Part shown: piece after piece, positions 44,389 to 54,670 of the stretch
Numbering within the stretch: position 1 is the first letter of the stretch
How the letters are laid out: every line of letters starts with the position of its first letter
Assembly: GCA_050298695.1 (NCBI GenBank)
Contig: JBNKUQ010000002.1
Span: 3,136 to 67,135 of the forward strand
DNA: 64,000 nt
Reading direction: 5' to 3'
From: Cellvibrionaceae bacterium
GTDB lineage: Bacteria > Pseudomonadota > Gammaproteobacteria > Pseudomonadales > Cellvibrionaceae
Made by a program: the position numbers and the translations under genes
The notes under the pieces: generated by a model
The model's input: only the letters and a program-made list of their open reading frames with translations
Databases searched by the model: none
What the model was told of the DNA's origin: nothing

Positions 44389-45660
44389 ATGCGAATGCTG
44401 GTTGTCGAAGATAGTATCACCTTAGGACATGTTCTTAAAAAATATGTTAAGGACATGAATCACAAGGTGATTACTGTTCGCAGCGGTGAGCAGGCGCTAC
44501 AGTATATCGAAACCATGCCCGTCGATATGGTATTGATGGATATCGAAATGCCTGGCTTAGATGGTTTGGAAACAACCCGATTGATACGTGAAAGTATGGA
44601 TCACTGGTTGCCCATTATCTTTGTATCTGGCAAAGGTGAGGAGGATGATTTTAAAAAAGGTATCGAGGCGGGTGGCGATGATTATTTGATCAAGCCAATC
44701 AGCCGAGTTATTTTACAAGCCAAAATCAAAGCGATGGAACGTATTCTTTCTATGCAAAAAGAGCTTAACTCTCTTTACGAAGAATTGGAGTTCTTACATC
44801 GTTACGATAGCCTAACCCAGATCTATAATCGAGCTGCTGTTAAAGAACGTGCAGATGCCATGTGGAAACAAGTGGGTCGCCAAGGTCGTTACATTGCGGT
44901 ATTGATGATCGATGTCGATCACTTTAAACAATACAATGATCATTATGGCCATCCTGCCGGGGATAGTTGCTTACAGCAAATAAGCCAAGCCTTTCATAAG
45001 ACATTTCAACGCTCTGAAGATTTGTATGGCCGCTATGGTGGGGAAGAGTTTATCGTTGTGCTTTCCAATACTGACCTCAAAAGTGTGCAAATAGCCAGTG
45101 AAAAACTGAAATCTGAGATTGAATCTTTGGCAATACCTCACGCAATGTCCAAGACCAGTGATTATGTGACCATTAGTGTTGGTGGTTCAGTTATTCCTCA
45201 TAGTAATGATGCAAATTTAGAGCAAACAATTAAACATGCCGATTCAGCACTTTATAAGGCAAAAAGCCAGGGACGAAATAGAGTTGTTATTGAAGAATTT
45301 CTCTTTAGGGCGCATAAAAATATCATCATTCTCAATGCTACTGATACAGTACTCCGCATATTTAGGGATATGCTCAAGGATCGTTGTCGCATACTAACAG
45401 CGGATAATAGTGAAGATTGCTTTGAAATCGTCGAGGCTATTAATGCTGAAATGGTTGTAGTCAATAGCTATAGTACTCAACTTGGAGATGCTGAAAGTTT
45501 TCAAAAGCTCCATAAAAAGGTAGAGGAGCTTGAGATACCGCTGATTTACCTTGCCACTGAAGACAGCCCTCCAATAGAGAAGGGAAGCTATATCGAGTCC
45601 GTAGATGTGAATGATGACGCTGCTCTGCAGAGCGTGGTCAATCGTCATTTTCCTGCATAG
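44389..45660 (+). CDS. Response-regulator diguanylate cyclase (REC-GGDEF with an extra C-terminal pseudo-receiver-like domain)
   Basis: The REC domain is MLVVEDS...VDMVLMDIEMPGLDG...DDYLIKP. The GGDEF domain has an active GGEEF motif and an I-site at canonical spacing (RSEDLYGRYGGEEF). The ~120-aa tail (NIIILNATD...EMVVVNSY) has Asn where a phospho-acceptor Asp would be. Confidence 0.85.
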   Translation: MRMLVVEDSITLGHVLKKYVKDMNHKVITVRSGEQALQYIETMPVDMVLMDIEMPGLDGLETTRLIRESMDHWLPIIFVSGKGEEDDFKKGIEAGGDDYLIKPISRVILQAKIKAMERILSMQKELNSLYEELEFLHRYDSLTQIYNRAAVKERADAMWKQVGRQGRYIAVLMIDVDHFKQYNDHYGHPAGDSCLQQISQAFHKTFQRSEDLYGRYGGEEFIVVLSNTDLKSVQIASEKLKSEIESLAIPHAMSKTSDYVTISVGGSVIPHSNDANLEQTIKHADSALYKAKSQGRNRVVIEEFLFRAHKNIIILNATDTVLRIFRDMLKDRCRILTADNSEDCFEIVEAINAEMVVVNSYSTQLGDAESFQKLHKKVEELEIPLIYLATEDSPPIEKGSYIESVDVNDDAALQSVVNRHFPA

Positions 45661-45748
45661 TACCTTTTGAGATATTTCCGATACGACGCCAGCCCCTATT
45701 GGCTTTTCATTCCTTCTGTTGCAACGATAGACTGTCGTTTCTATTGCG

Positions 45749-46762
45749 TTGCCGTTATACTTGCCAGCTTTTGTGGCTACAGTTTTGACGACTTTCAAAC
45801 GCGAATTTATCCGTGGGTTGCACAATTTACGACCAGAACACCATGGTAATGTGGTGACTGTGGGTTCGTTTGATGGGGTGCATCTGGGTCACCAAGCTAT
45901 TTTAAGGCAAGTTTTAGCGCAATCAGAGCGTTTGACCTTACCATCTGCTGCGATGATATTTGAGCCCCAACCTCATGAGTTTTTTTCTGGAGATAAGGCA
46001 CCACCACGGTTAATGCGTCTGGGAGAAAAGGTTCAAGCACTGTTTGACCACGGTATTCACCGGGTTTTTTGTTTGCCCTTTAATCATGCCTTGAGCGAAC
46101 TTTCATCATTTGTTTTTATTGAGAAAGTATTGGTACAAGGTTTGGGAACTCGCTATTTGGTTGTCGGGGATGATTTTCGTTTTGGCGTTGGGCGAACAGG
46201 TGATTACGAGCAATTGTTGGAAGCTGGCGAACGCCATCATTTTGCGGTGACCGATACTCAGTCATTTTTAGTTGGCGGAGAACGGGTCAGTAGCACCCGA
46301 ATTCGTGAGTTGCTTCAGCAAAATCGGTTTGAAGCCGCGGCTGATTTATTGGGGCGTCCTTATACTATTAGTGGCAAAGTGGTGAGGGGTAATCAGCTCG
46401 GTAGAAACTTGGGCGTTCCGACAGCAAATGTCCATTTACATCGTTACCGTTCACCCTTAGCGGGTGTTTTTGCGGTGGTTGCCACTCTAGCATCCGGTGA
46501 GCGTTTGCAGGGTGTTGCGAATGTGGGAGTGCGTCCTACGGTAACGGCCAGCGACGGTAATACCGTTGTCAAGCCCATCTTGGAAGTTCATGTCTTCGAT
46601 TGGGTAGGAGACTTATATGGGCAGACCATTGCGGTTGAATTTAAATACAAACTTCGGGATGAGCAGCGATTTGCCGGCTTAGATGAACTTTCACAGCAAA
46701 TAGGCAAAGATGTACAGCAGGCGCGCGATTTTTTTAAGCGGAACAATAACTGCGAGACATAA
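45749..46762 (+). CDS. ribF: Bifunctional riboflavin kinase / FAD synthetase
   Basis: FIRGLHNLRPEHHGNVVTVGSFDGVHLGHQAIL and a C-terminal riboflavin kinase domain are present. The true start is probably GTG 45773 or TTG 45785 rather than 45749. Confidence 0.9.
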   Translation: MPLYLPAFVATVLTTFKREFIRGLHNLRPEHHGNVVTVGSFDGVHLGHQAILRQVLAQSERLTLPSAAMIFEPQPHEFFSGDKAPPRLMRLGEKVQALFDHGIHRVFCLPFNHALSELSSFVFIEKVLVQGLGTRYLVVGDDFRFGVGRTGDYEQLLEAGERHHFAVTDTQSFLVGGERVSSTRIRELLQQNRFEAAADLLGRPYTISGKVVRGNQLGRNLGVPTANVHLHRYRSPLAGVFAVVATLASGERLQGVANVGVRPTVTASDGNTVVKPILEVHVFDWVGDLYGQTIAVEFKYKLRDEQRFAGLDELSQQIGKDVQQARDFFKRNNNCET

Positions 46763-46817
46763 ATTTTTTAAACAACTACTTTTTACATAACTTTTCTAAA
46801 CAACTTTCTAAACAACA

Positions 46818-49625
46818 ATGACAGACTATAAAGCAACTCTAAATTTACCGAATACGTCCTTTCCTATGAAGGCCAACTTGGCCCAACGCGAACCACAAAT
46901 TTTAAAAAAGTGGCAGCAAAATAAGGTATATGAAAGTATTCGCGCTGCTCGCACGGGTCGTGAACAATTTATTCTGCACGATGGTCCTCCATACGCCAAT
47001 GGCAATATTCATATTGGCCATGCGGTGAATAAAATATTGAAAGACATCATTGTTAAGTCAAAAACACTCAGTGGTATGGATGCGCCTTACGTTCCTGGCT
47101 GGGACTGCCACGGCTTGCCTATTGAGCATCAAGTGGAAAAAAAGGTGGGTAAGGCAGGTCAAAAAGTGGATGTAAAAACGTTTCGCCAAAAATGTCGGGA
47201 TTACGCAGCGAAGCAAGTGGATGGTCAAAAGGCAGATTTTGTTCGCTTGGGTGTTTTAGGTGAATGGGATAAGCCCTACTTGACGATGGATTTTAAAACG
47301 GAGGCCAATACTGTTCGTGCCTTGGGAAGGATTGTCGAAAATGGTTACTTGATTCGCGGTTATAAGCCGGTTTACTGGAGTGTTGTTGGCGGTTCTGCAT
47401 TGGCTGAAGCTGAAGTTGAATACCAGGATAAGACGTCATTTTCAATTTATGTTCGCTACAGTGTTGTTAACATGGATGATGCAACTAAGCGCATCCCTGA
47501 GTTGACTGGGGAAGGTTCTTTATCTGTTGTCATCTGGACCACAACGCCTTGGACTTTGCCAGCCAGTTCAGCCGTGAGTGTTAATGAGGCCTTGGATTAT
47601 GTGGTTGTACAAGCGGGCAGTGAGCGTTTGTTGGTTGCTGAGGCTTTACTCGATTCTGTGATGAAAGCAGGCAGTATTGAAAATTACTCGGTTTTGGCGA
47701 CGGTCAAGGGTGAGGCATTGGAAAAATTGTTACTGCAGCACCCTTTTTACGAGAGGCAAGTGCCCATTATTTTGGGAGAACATGTCACCACTGATGCCGG
47801 TACCGGTTGTGTCCACACTGCGCCCGATCACGGTATGGAGGATTTCTTGGTTGGCAAACGCTATGGCATCGAAACAGTGAATTATGTGAATGGTGATGGC
47901 ACCTATCACGATGGAGTGGAATTATTTGCTGGTGACCATGTTTACAAAGTCGATGAAAAAGTTATCAGCTTGCTAGAAGAACGTGGAAAATTATTTTACC
48001 AAACAAAGTTTGTGCATAGTTATCCCCATTGTTGGCGTACCAAAACTCCTCTTATCTATCGAGCAACGCCCCAATGGTTTATTACTTTAGACCACAACGA
48101 TTTGAAACAAGGGATTAAAACTGCCATCGATGACGTTGAGTGGATTCCTCATTGGGGGCAGGCGCGTATTGAAGGAATGGTTTCTAACAGCCCGGATTGG
48201 TGTGTCTCTCGTCAACGAACCTGGGGTGTGCCTATTACCTTGTTTGTGCATAAGCAAACTCAGGAGTTGCATCCTAGAACGGCTGAAATTTTTGAAACGG
48301 TTGCACAAAAAATAGAGCAAAATGGTATTGATGCCTGGTTCGAGTTAAGTGCTGAAGATCTCTTGGGTGATGAAGCGGGTGACTATGAAAAAGTCAGCGA
48401 TACCTTAGATGTTTGGTTTGATTCTGGGGTGACTCATTATTCTGTGTTACGTGAGCGTGATAATTTACGTTTCCCGGCTGACCTGTATTTAGAAGGTTCT
48501 GACCAGCATCGTGGTTGGTTTCAGTCTTCATTAAAAACATCAATGACGATTAATAATGTCCCTCCCTACAAGCAAGTATTAACTCATGGTTTTACTGTGG
48601 ACTCTGAGGGACGAAAGATGTCTAAGTCTCTCGGTAATGTGATTCCGCCGCAAAAGATAATGAATGATCTTGGTGCCGATGTGTTGAGACTGTGGGTTGC
48701 TGCAACGGACTTTAGTGCGGAGATGAATGTTTCCGATGAAATTTTAAAGCGCACGGCGGATTCCTATCGACGACTGCGTAATACCGCTCGCTTCTTATTG
48801 GCTAATTTGGAAGGTTTCAATCCAGAAACGGATCTTCTTCCTTTCGAGCAATTAATTGCGCTGGACCAATGGGCGGTCAAGCGTGCTAGCGATATACAAA
48901 AAGAATTAATCGCTGCCTACGATGGTTATCAGTTACACATCATTTATCAAAAGCTACAGCAATTTTGTATTGTTGATATGGGTGGTTTCTATTTGGATAT
49001 TATTAAGGACCGCCAATATACCACCAAGGCTGATAGCGTAGCTCGACGATCTGCACAGACGGCTCTTTACCATATTGCCGAGGCCTTTACTCGATGGATT
49101 TCGCCGATACTGAGTTATACCGCTGATGAACTATGGGAGGCATTGCCGCCATTATCCGATCGTGAGGCCCATGTTTTTGTTGCCGAATGGTACGAGTTCC
49201 CTGCGACAGAAAAAGCCAGTGACATGGATGAGCATTATTGGTCCATGGTTGCCAAAGTAAAAGATGCAGTTAATAAAGTGCTTGAAAGCAAGCGAAATGA
49301 GGGGCTGATTGGTAAGTCCTTGAGTGCATCGGTGGTCTTGTATTGCGATGCTGAATTGGCCCAACAGTTAATGCGCTTGAAAGATGAGTTACGTTTTGTG
49401 TTGATTACCTCTTCCGCGATTGTTTCCGGTGCGTCAGCGAGTGATACGGCAGAAGCGACGAGTGTAGAAGGTTTGTTTGTTGAGGTAATGGCGAATCCCG
49501 ACCCTAAGTGTGCGCGCTGTTGGCATCAGCGGCCGGATGTTGGCTCTTTTGAACAACATCCTGAATTATGTGGCCGTTGTGTTGATAATGTTGACGGTGA
49601 TGGTGAGCCCCGGAATTTTGCGTAA
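46818..49625 (+). CDS. ileS: Isoleucine--tRNA ligase
   Basis: The HIGH motif is [11 protein letters not shown] and the KMSKS motif is [10 protein letters not shown]. The C-terminal zinc finger is CARCW...CGRC. It is 935 aa. Confidence 0.97.
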   Translation: MTDYKATLNLPNTSFPMKANLAQREPQILKKWQQNKVYESIRAARTGREQFILHDGPPYANGNIHIGHAVNKILKDIIVKSKTLSGMDAPYVPGWDCHGLPIEHQVEKKVGKAGQKVDVKTFRQKCRDYAAKQVDGQKADFVRLGVLGEWDKPYLTMDFKTEANTVRALGRIVENGYLIRGYKPVYWSVVGGSALAEAEVEYQDKTSFSIYVRYSVVNMDDATKRIPELTGEGSLSVVIWTTTPWTLPASSAVSVNEALDYVVVQAGSERLLVAEALLDSVMKAGSIENYSVLATVKGEALEKLLLQHPFYERQVPIILGEHVTTDAGTGCVHTAPDHGMEDFLVGKRYGIETVNYVNGDGTYHDGVELFAGDHVYKVDEKVISLLEERGKLFYQTKFVHSYPHCWRTKTPLIYRATPQWFITLDHNDLKQGIKTAIDDVEWIPHWGQARIEGMVSNSPDWCVSRQRTWGVPITLFVHKQTQELHPRTAEIFETVAQKIEQNGIDAWFELSAEDLLGDEAGDYEKVSDTLDVWFDSGVTHYSVLRERDNLRFPADLYLEGSDQHRGWFQSSLKTSMTINNVPPYKQVLTHGFTVDSEGRKMSKSLGNVIPPQKIMNDLGADVLRLWVAATDFSAEMNVSDEILKRTADSYRRLRNTARFLLANLEGFNPETDLLPFEQLIALDQWAVKRASDIQKELIAAYDGYQLHIIYQKLQQFCIVDMGGFYLDIIKDRQYTTKADSVARRSAQTALYHIAEAFTRWISPILSYTADELWEALPPLSDREAHVFVAEWYEFPATEKASDMDEHYWSMVAKVKDAVNKVLESKRNEGLIGKSLSASVVLYCDAELAQQLMRLKDELRFVLITSSAIVSGASASDTAEATSVEGLFVEVMANPDPKCARCWHQRPDVGSFEQHPELCGRCVDNVDGDGEPRNFA

Positions 49626-49657
49626 TCATTCTAAATAAATCGGGGACTAGAAATATT

Positions 49658-50206
49658 GTGTTAAAACCTTTGTTTAAGCAAAAGAAAGCTTGGTTGGCGT
49701 TGGTGGTGTTGGTTTTTGTTATTGACCAAGTCACTAAATCTTGGGCTACGAGTATGCTGGCTCTTGGGCAGCCTCAACCATTTCTTCCTTTTTTTAATTT
49801 TACTTTGTTACATAATTATGGCGCTGCTTTTAGTTTCCTGAGTGATGCGGGTGGCTGGCAATGGTGGTTTTTTACTAGTGTTGCTTTGGCGGTGAGCGTC
49901 TTTTTAGTTGTTTGGATAGCAAAAATCGAGCGCACTAAAAAAATAGAGTTGGCGGGTTTGTCCTTTATTTTGGGGGGGGCAATCGGTAACTTGTGCGATC
50001 GCGTTTTGTTGGGATATGTCGTTGACTTTGTTGACTGGTTCTATCCTGCATCAACATCTTGTTTGCCATTTTTTTACGCTCGTTCAGACTTGCAAAGCTG
50101 TCATTGGCCCGCATTTAATGTCGCGGACTCAGCGATACTCTTAGGTCTATTGTTACTTATTATTGATATGTTTTTTAATCAAAAAAATACCAGGAAGGAT
50201 GTATGA
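49658..50206 (+). CDS. lspA: Lipoprotein signal peptidase (SPase II)
   Basis: HNYGAAFSFL and PAFNVADSAI motifs are present, with four TM helices. It follows ileS. Confidence 0.9.
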   Translation: MLKPLFKQKKAWLALVVLVFVIDQVTKSWATSMLALGQPQPFLPFFNFTLLHNYGAAFSFLSDAGGWQWWFFTSVALAVSVFLVVWIAKIERTKKIELAGLSFILGGAIGNLCDRVLLGYVVDFVDWFYPASTSCLPFFYARSDLQSCHWPAFNVADSAILLGLLLLIIDMFFNQKNTRKDV

Positions 50207-50652
50207 CATCGTTATCTATAGGAGAGGGCACACAAGTGACCTTACACTTTGCTCTCAAGTTAAATAATGGCGAAGTGGTTGATTCTACGTTTGAAAAAGA
50301 ACCCGCGCAGTTTGTGTTTGGTGATGGTAATTTTTTGGCGGGTTTTGAGCGAGCTTTAGAAGGGCTTACAGAAGGCGCTAAAGAAATTTTTACTATTAAA
50401 CCCGAGTCGGGTTTTGGTCAGGCTAATCCAAATAATATTCAACAATTTTCTCGCGATCAGTTTAGCGATGATATTCTATTAGAAGAGGGGCTAATGCTGT
50501 CCTTTGCCGACGCGCAAAATTCAGAGTTGCCCGGTGTGGTCAAAGCCTTCAACGATGAGACGGTAACCATTGATTTTAATCATCCTTTGGCGGGTAAAGA
50601 AATTCAGTTTGAAGTTGAAATTCTTGCGGTTGCGCCGGTGACTAAGCATTAA
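50203..50652 (+). CDS. fkpB: FKBP-type peptidyl-prolyl isomerase (FkpB/SlpA type)
   Basis: It is 149 aa. VTLHFALKLNNGEVVDSTF...FVFGDGNFLAGFERAL...DFNHPLAGKEIQFEVEIL is present. It has a 4-nt overlap with lspA. Confidence 0.85.
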   Translation: MTSLSIGEGTQVTLHFALKLNNGEVVDSTFEKEPAQFVFGDGNFLAGFERALEGLTEGAKEIFTIKPESGFGQANPNNIQQFSRDQFSDDILLEEGLMLSFADAQNSELPGVVKAFNDETVTIDFNHPLAGKEIQFEVEILAVAPVTKH

Positions 50653-50703
50653 GTTTCTCGTTGTTAACAATATTATTTATTGAAAAATATCAGGTGTTTA
50701 AGT

Positions 50704-51648
50704 ATGGCAGCACAGATCAAATTGGCTAACCCAAGAGGTTTTTGTGCTGGTGTTGATAGAGCAATTGATATTGTAAATCGTGCGCTTGATGTCTATGGTC
50801 CACCAATTTATGTGCGTCATGAAGTGGTCCACAATAAATTTGTTGTGGAATCTCTTCGTGAGCGTGGAGCTATTTTTGTTGATGAGTTAGAAGAAGTACC
50901 TGACAATAAAATTGTTATTTTCAGCGCTCACGGTGTATCCAAAGCGGTAAAAAAGAATGCTGAAGAGCGTGAGCTTCCCGTTTTTGATGCGACTTGTCCG
51001 CTAGTGACAAAGGTACATTTGGAAGTGACTAAATACAGCAAAAGTGGAACGGAGTGCATTTTGATTGGTCATGAAGGGCACCCTGAAGTTGAAGGCACCA
51101 TGGGGCAGTATGACAGTCGTTACGGTGGGGCTATTTATCTTGTCGAGGATGAACAGGATGTAGAAGCGCTTGAGGTTAAGCACCCTGAGTCGCTCTATTA
51201 CGTCACGCAAACGACCTTATCTATGGATGACACAGCAAAAGTCATTGCTGCTCTTCGGAAGAAATTTCCAGAAATTCAAGGCCCGCGGACGGATGATATT
51301 TGTTATGCCACTCAGAACCGTCAGGATGCGGTAAAACAACTGGCCTTGGAGTGCGATTTGGTGCTTGTTGTGGGGTCTCCCAATAGCTCTAACTCTAATC
51401 GCTTGCGCGAATTGGCAGAGCGTTGCGGTGCAGAGTCTTACTTGGTGGACTCTGCTGAGGATATTCAATCTGCATGGCTTGTAAACAAAGCGACGATTGG
51501 GGTGACAGCGGGTGCCTCTGCACCTGAGATATTGGTTCAAGAGGTGATCTCAGCGCTAGAAACCTTAGGTGCCTCGGCACCAGAAGAAATGCCTGGAGAG
51601 CCTGAAAATATTAGCTTTTCCTTGCCGAAAGCCTTGCGTCAGGGATAA
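50704..51648 (+). CDS. ispH: 4-hydroxy-3-methylbut-2-enyl diphosphate reductase
   Basis: [31 protein letters not shown] and [10 protein letters not shown] motifs are present. ATG 50704 is preferred to 50680. Confidence 0.95.
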   Translation: MAAQIKLANPRGFCAGVDRAIDIVNRALDVYGPPIYVRHEVVHNKFVVESLRERGAIFVDELEEVPDNKIVIFSAHGVSKAVKKNAEERELPVFDATCPLVTKVHLEVTKYSKSGTECILIGHEGHPEVEGTMGQYDSRYGGAIYLVEDEQDVEALEVKHPESLYYVTQTTLSMDDTAKVIAALRKKFPEIQGPRTDDICYATQNRQDAVKQLALECDLVLVVGSPNSSNSNRLRELAERCGAESYLVDSAEDIQSAWLVNKATIGVTAGASAPEILVQEVISALETLGASAPEEMPGEPENISFSLPKALRQG

Positions 51649-51795
51649 TCTTTCTGTTTTGAGTTTGCGGATCAACCATAGTTTTTTTTTGTATCAATAA
51701 TTAAATATCCATATCTTTTTCGTCTAACCATTAAAAACTACCGTTTGTCGGCGAATACTGTCCATTGAGCTAGTGCAGAGTATAGTTTCGTCCAT

Positions 51796-52320
51796 ATGAA
51801 AGCAAAAGGACTGATGGGTATGAAAAGAAACGGTTTTACTCTCATTGAACTACTCGTAACAATTACTTTACTAGGTATATTGTTGGGTGTAGGTATACCC
51901 AGTTTGCAAACCTTAATGGCGAATATGACCATTCGCTCCAATACCGAAAAATTAATTAACTCTCTAGCCTATGCCCGTGGCGAGGCCGTTGCACGTGTTA
52001 AAAATGTATCCGTACGTTCCGCTAGCGTTACCGAAAGTGGTGGCGCAGTGACATCCGTTGATTGGAGCGACGGTTGGATGGTATTTGTCGATGAAGCTGG
52101 CAATTGCTCTTTTGATGCTGGAGATGAAGTCTTGCGGGTCATCGATATCAGTGCCGATGATGTCACAATCACTCCGCCTAGTAATACAACGGCATGTATC
52201 AGGTTCAATCGCTTGGGTGAGAATGACAATGCAACAGCGGCTGGTTTCGGTTTGTCTAAAACGGGCGCAAGTTCCGCAGCAATTACGGTTTCCAATACCG
52301 GTTACACATCTAAGGATTAA
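51796..52320 (+). CDS. fimU: Type IV pilus minor pilin, GspH/FimT/FimU family (first gene of cluster 2)
   Basis: MKRNG|FTLIELLVTITLLGILLGVGIPSLQTLM. It is the leading gene of the pilVWXY1E operon next to ispH, so the symbol is given by positional analogy with P. aeruginosa. Confidence 0.75.
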   Translation: MKAKGLMGMKRNGFTLIELLVTITLLGILLGVGIPSLQTLMANMTIRSNTEKLINSLAYARGEAVARVKNVSVRSASVTESGGAVTSVDWSDGWMVFVDEAGNCSFDAGDEVLRVIDISADDVTITPPSNTTACIRFNRLGENDNATAAGFGLSKTGASSAAITVSNTGYTSKD

Positions 52321-52332
52321 TGGGTAAATACT

Positions 52333-52851
52333 ATGATTTTCTCTAAATCGAATCAGTTGGGTTCTAGTCTTGTCGAAACCATGGTGTCCTTACTGCTTAT
52401 GGGGGTGGGTTTACTGGGTGTTTTAACGCTACAAGCTAAGGGTTTAAATAGTAATCAGCGGGCGGTATTTGTGACAGAAGCACAAATCATTGCCCAAGAT
52501 ATGGCTGACCGAATTATGGCTTTTGGGAGTACAGATTCTAATGCTATCAGTAATGCGGTTGCTAGTAGTGGTTTCTATAATGGCATCAGTATTGCCAAAG
52601 GTAATGAACTAGTGGAATCAAGCTGCTCGGTTGCTTCTCCCTGTAATTCTAATGCCGATATCAGAGCTTACGATGCCAATGAGTGGTTGCGCCTCATGAG
52701 AAACTCTTCTCTACCTCGAGCAAGAGCTACGGTTAGTTGGGCAAGTCAGGTATACAGTATCAGGGTGATGTGGGATCAAGAGCGTATAGGAGAAGGTGAG
52801 GTAGAGTGTGGTACCGACAATTGCTTCACTATGGAGGTTAGACTTCCATGA
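52333..52851 (+). CDS. pilV: Type IV pilus minor pilin PilV (cluster 2)
   Basis: The PilV-type N-terminus is GSSLVETMVSLLLMGVGLLGVLTLQAKGLNSNQ. Confidence 0.8.
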   Translation: MIFSKSNQLGSSLVETMVSLLLMGVGLLGVLTLQAKGLNSNQRAVFVTEAQIIAQDMADRIMAFGSTDSNAISNAVASSGFYNGISIAKGNELVESSCSVASPCNSNADIRAYDANEWLRLMRNSSLPRARATVSWASQVYSIRVMWDQERIGEGEVECGTDNCFTMEVRLP

Positions 52852-53990
52852 TCGCATTACCTGTTAATTGTACCCGTCAGTTAGGGGTAAGTTTGGTCGA
52901 GTTATTGGTCTCTATGGTGATTGGCCTGTTCATTATGGCCGGCGTATTACAGTTGTTCAGCACCACTACTCAAAACTCTGTAGCGGTAACAGGTCTTTCC
53001 CGTATTCAAGAAAATACTCGTTATGCTTTTTCACGGATAGCGGAAGATATTGCACAGTCGGGTAATTTAGGTTGTATGTCCGCTTCTATTGCTACCAATT
53101 ATTCATCCAGAGAACCGATTACTAATATGCTTTCTGGCGTCACAGATGCCAATGCTTACGATTTTTTATCTACTATATGGGGTAAGGATGGGGCGAGCTC
53201 TGGAAGTGTCAATACCGAAGATGAAGATGAAGATGGTGTTGCTCCAGGTACAGACCGATTTCGTATCCGCTATGTTAATCATGTGGTTAGATTCGATGTA
53301 ATTGATATGAGTGATACTAGCGTAACGGTTAGCTATAATGCATCCGATAGTGCTGAGACAGCCACACTGCCACAGAGTGGGCAAATTGTAGCGGTAACTA
53401 ATTGTTCGCAGGGTGCGGTTTTCACGGCAACAGGTATTGATATAGGTACGACGACAAACGACGAGGGAGATATTACTTATACAAACGAGGCAGTTATTAC
53501 TCATACAACTGAGACGGAAAATATTGCCGTTCCAAATTCAACGTCTGAAAAAAATATCAATACGTTTATTCCCAACACTAGTGCATCGGCGGCAAATGTT
53601 ATTTCGCCTTTCTATTTGTACGCGGGTTCAACGGGTTCTTACGAGTACACAGTAGGCACTGCGGTAGGTGCGGCAGCCGCCTGCAACAGTGCTACTGCAC
53701 CACAAAATTGTGCCTTGTTTCGTAGTGACTCTGGAACACCACCAGAAGAAATCGTCAAAGGTGTTCACGATATTCAAGTCGAATATGGTTGGGTTGACTC
53801 GGCTGGTAACTTACGCTTTGCGGCAGCCCCAGATTCTGCTCAGTGGCCGTTTATCGACAGAATGAAAGTTACGATGGCTTTTAATTCAATGGATAATGTG
53901 ATCACTAATGGCAATGCCATTGATCAATCGACAGATGGTCTTCTTAAAAAGTCTTACACGCGAACCTTTAATTTATACAACCAACTTTAA
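52848..53990 (+). CDS. pilW: Type IV pilus minor pilin / assembly protein PilW (cluster 2)
   Basis: LGVSLVELLVSMVIGLFIMAGVLQLFSTTTQN. It is 380 aa and shares an ATGA overlap with pilV. Confidence 0.8.
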   Translation: MIALPVNCTRQLGVSLVELLVSMVIGLFIMAGVLQLFSTTTQNSVAVTGLSRIQENTRYAFSRIAEDIAQSGNLGCMSASIATNYSSREPITNMLSGVTDANAYDFLSTIWGKDGASSGSVNTEDEDEDGVAPGTDRFRIRYVNHVVRFDVIDMSDTSVTVSYNASDSAETATLPQSGQIVAVTNCSQGAVFTATGIDIGTTTNDEGDITYTNEAVITHTTETENIAVPNSTSEKNINTFIPNTSASAANVISPFYLYAGSTGSYEYTVGTAVGAAAACNSATAPQNCALFRSDSGTPPEEIVKGVHDIQVEYGWVDSAGNLRFAAAPDSAQWPFIDRMKVTMAFNSMDNVITNGNAIDQSTDGLLKKSYTRTFNLYNQL

Positions 53991-54007
53991 TTATATTAGG
54001 CCAGCTT

Positions 54008-54646
54008 ATGAATATACCAAGAGGGTCAGTATCAACTCCTATCAATCAGGTACAACAACGAGGAGTTGTTCTAGTCATATCGTTAGTGATGCTTTTGGTG
54101 ATGACCATTGTTGGTGTCACCATGATAACGGGTGCAACTTTACAAGAACGCATGGCGGGTAATAATCGTCAACTTGCTATTGCAAGACTAAATGCCGAGT
54201 CTGCATTACGCGAAGCCGAAGAAGAGCTTGACGATTTAAATATAGCTACAAGTGCTGATCCTGTGGCGACGATACTATCGCAATTCTCTACTGAAGATGA
54301 TGCTTACGCCGTTGCAGTTTATGCCAATGGCTTCACCTATGACCCGCTCAGTTTTACAGTATCCGATGCTAGTGAATGGGCGTCAGCTTCTGCAGAAGGC
54401 TCCGTTTTAACAGAAGCAGCTACCGCTTTGGAGGGGACTGGAGCAAATGCCCCTCGCTATGTGATCGAATACATTGGGCGGATGGCTATTAATGACCCCA
54501 GTCCTGATATCGATATCAGTGTAGAGAAAAAAGATCTTGTTAGTACCATTCCCCATGCTTTTCGTATTACAGCGATTGGTTATGGAAGAGATAATAAAAT
54601 CAATGCAATTTTGCAAAGTATTTATTCTACCGCTGACAATCTTTAA
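54008..54646 (+). CDS. pilX: Type IV pilus minor pilin PilX (cluster 2)
   Basis: The PilX_N pattern is QQRGVVLVISLVMLLVMTIVGVTMITGATLQERMAGNNRQLAIARLNAESALREAE. Confidence 0.8.
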   Translation: MNIPRGSVSTPINQVQQRGVVLVISLVMLLVMTIVGVTMITGATLQERMAGNNRQLAIARLNAESALREAEEELDDLNIATSADPVATILSQFSTEDDAYAVAVYANGFTYDPLSFTVSDASEWASASAEGSVLTEAATALEGTGANAPRYVIEYIGRMAINDPSPDIDISVEKKDLVSTIPHAFRITAIGYGRDNKINAILQSIYSTADNL

Positions 54647-54670
54647 GAATAGTGTAGAACGAGGACAATT

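Noticed and set aside
45394-45825. 143-aa minus-strand ORF spanning the end of the diguanylate cyclase gene and the ribF 5' region
   Set aside because: It overlaps two well-supported plus-strand genes and has low-complexity, unrecognisable sequence. It is probably spurious.
46763-46817. Three TAAACAAC direct repeats in the ribF-ileS spacer
   Set aside because: They are short, AT-rich and plausibly due to chance. I know of no regulator site with this sequence.
51738-51941. 67-aa minus-strand ORF over the fimU start of cluster 2
   Set aside because: It is antisense to the highly conserved prepilin N-terminus and has no recognisable features.
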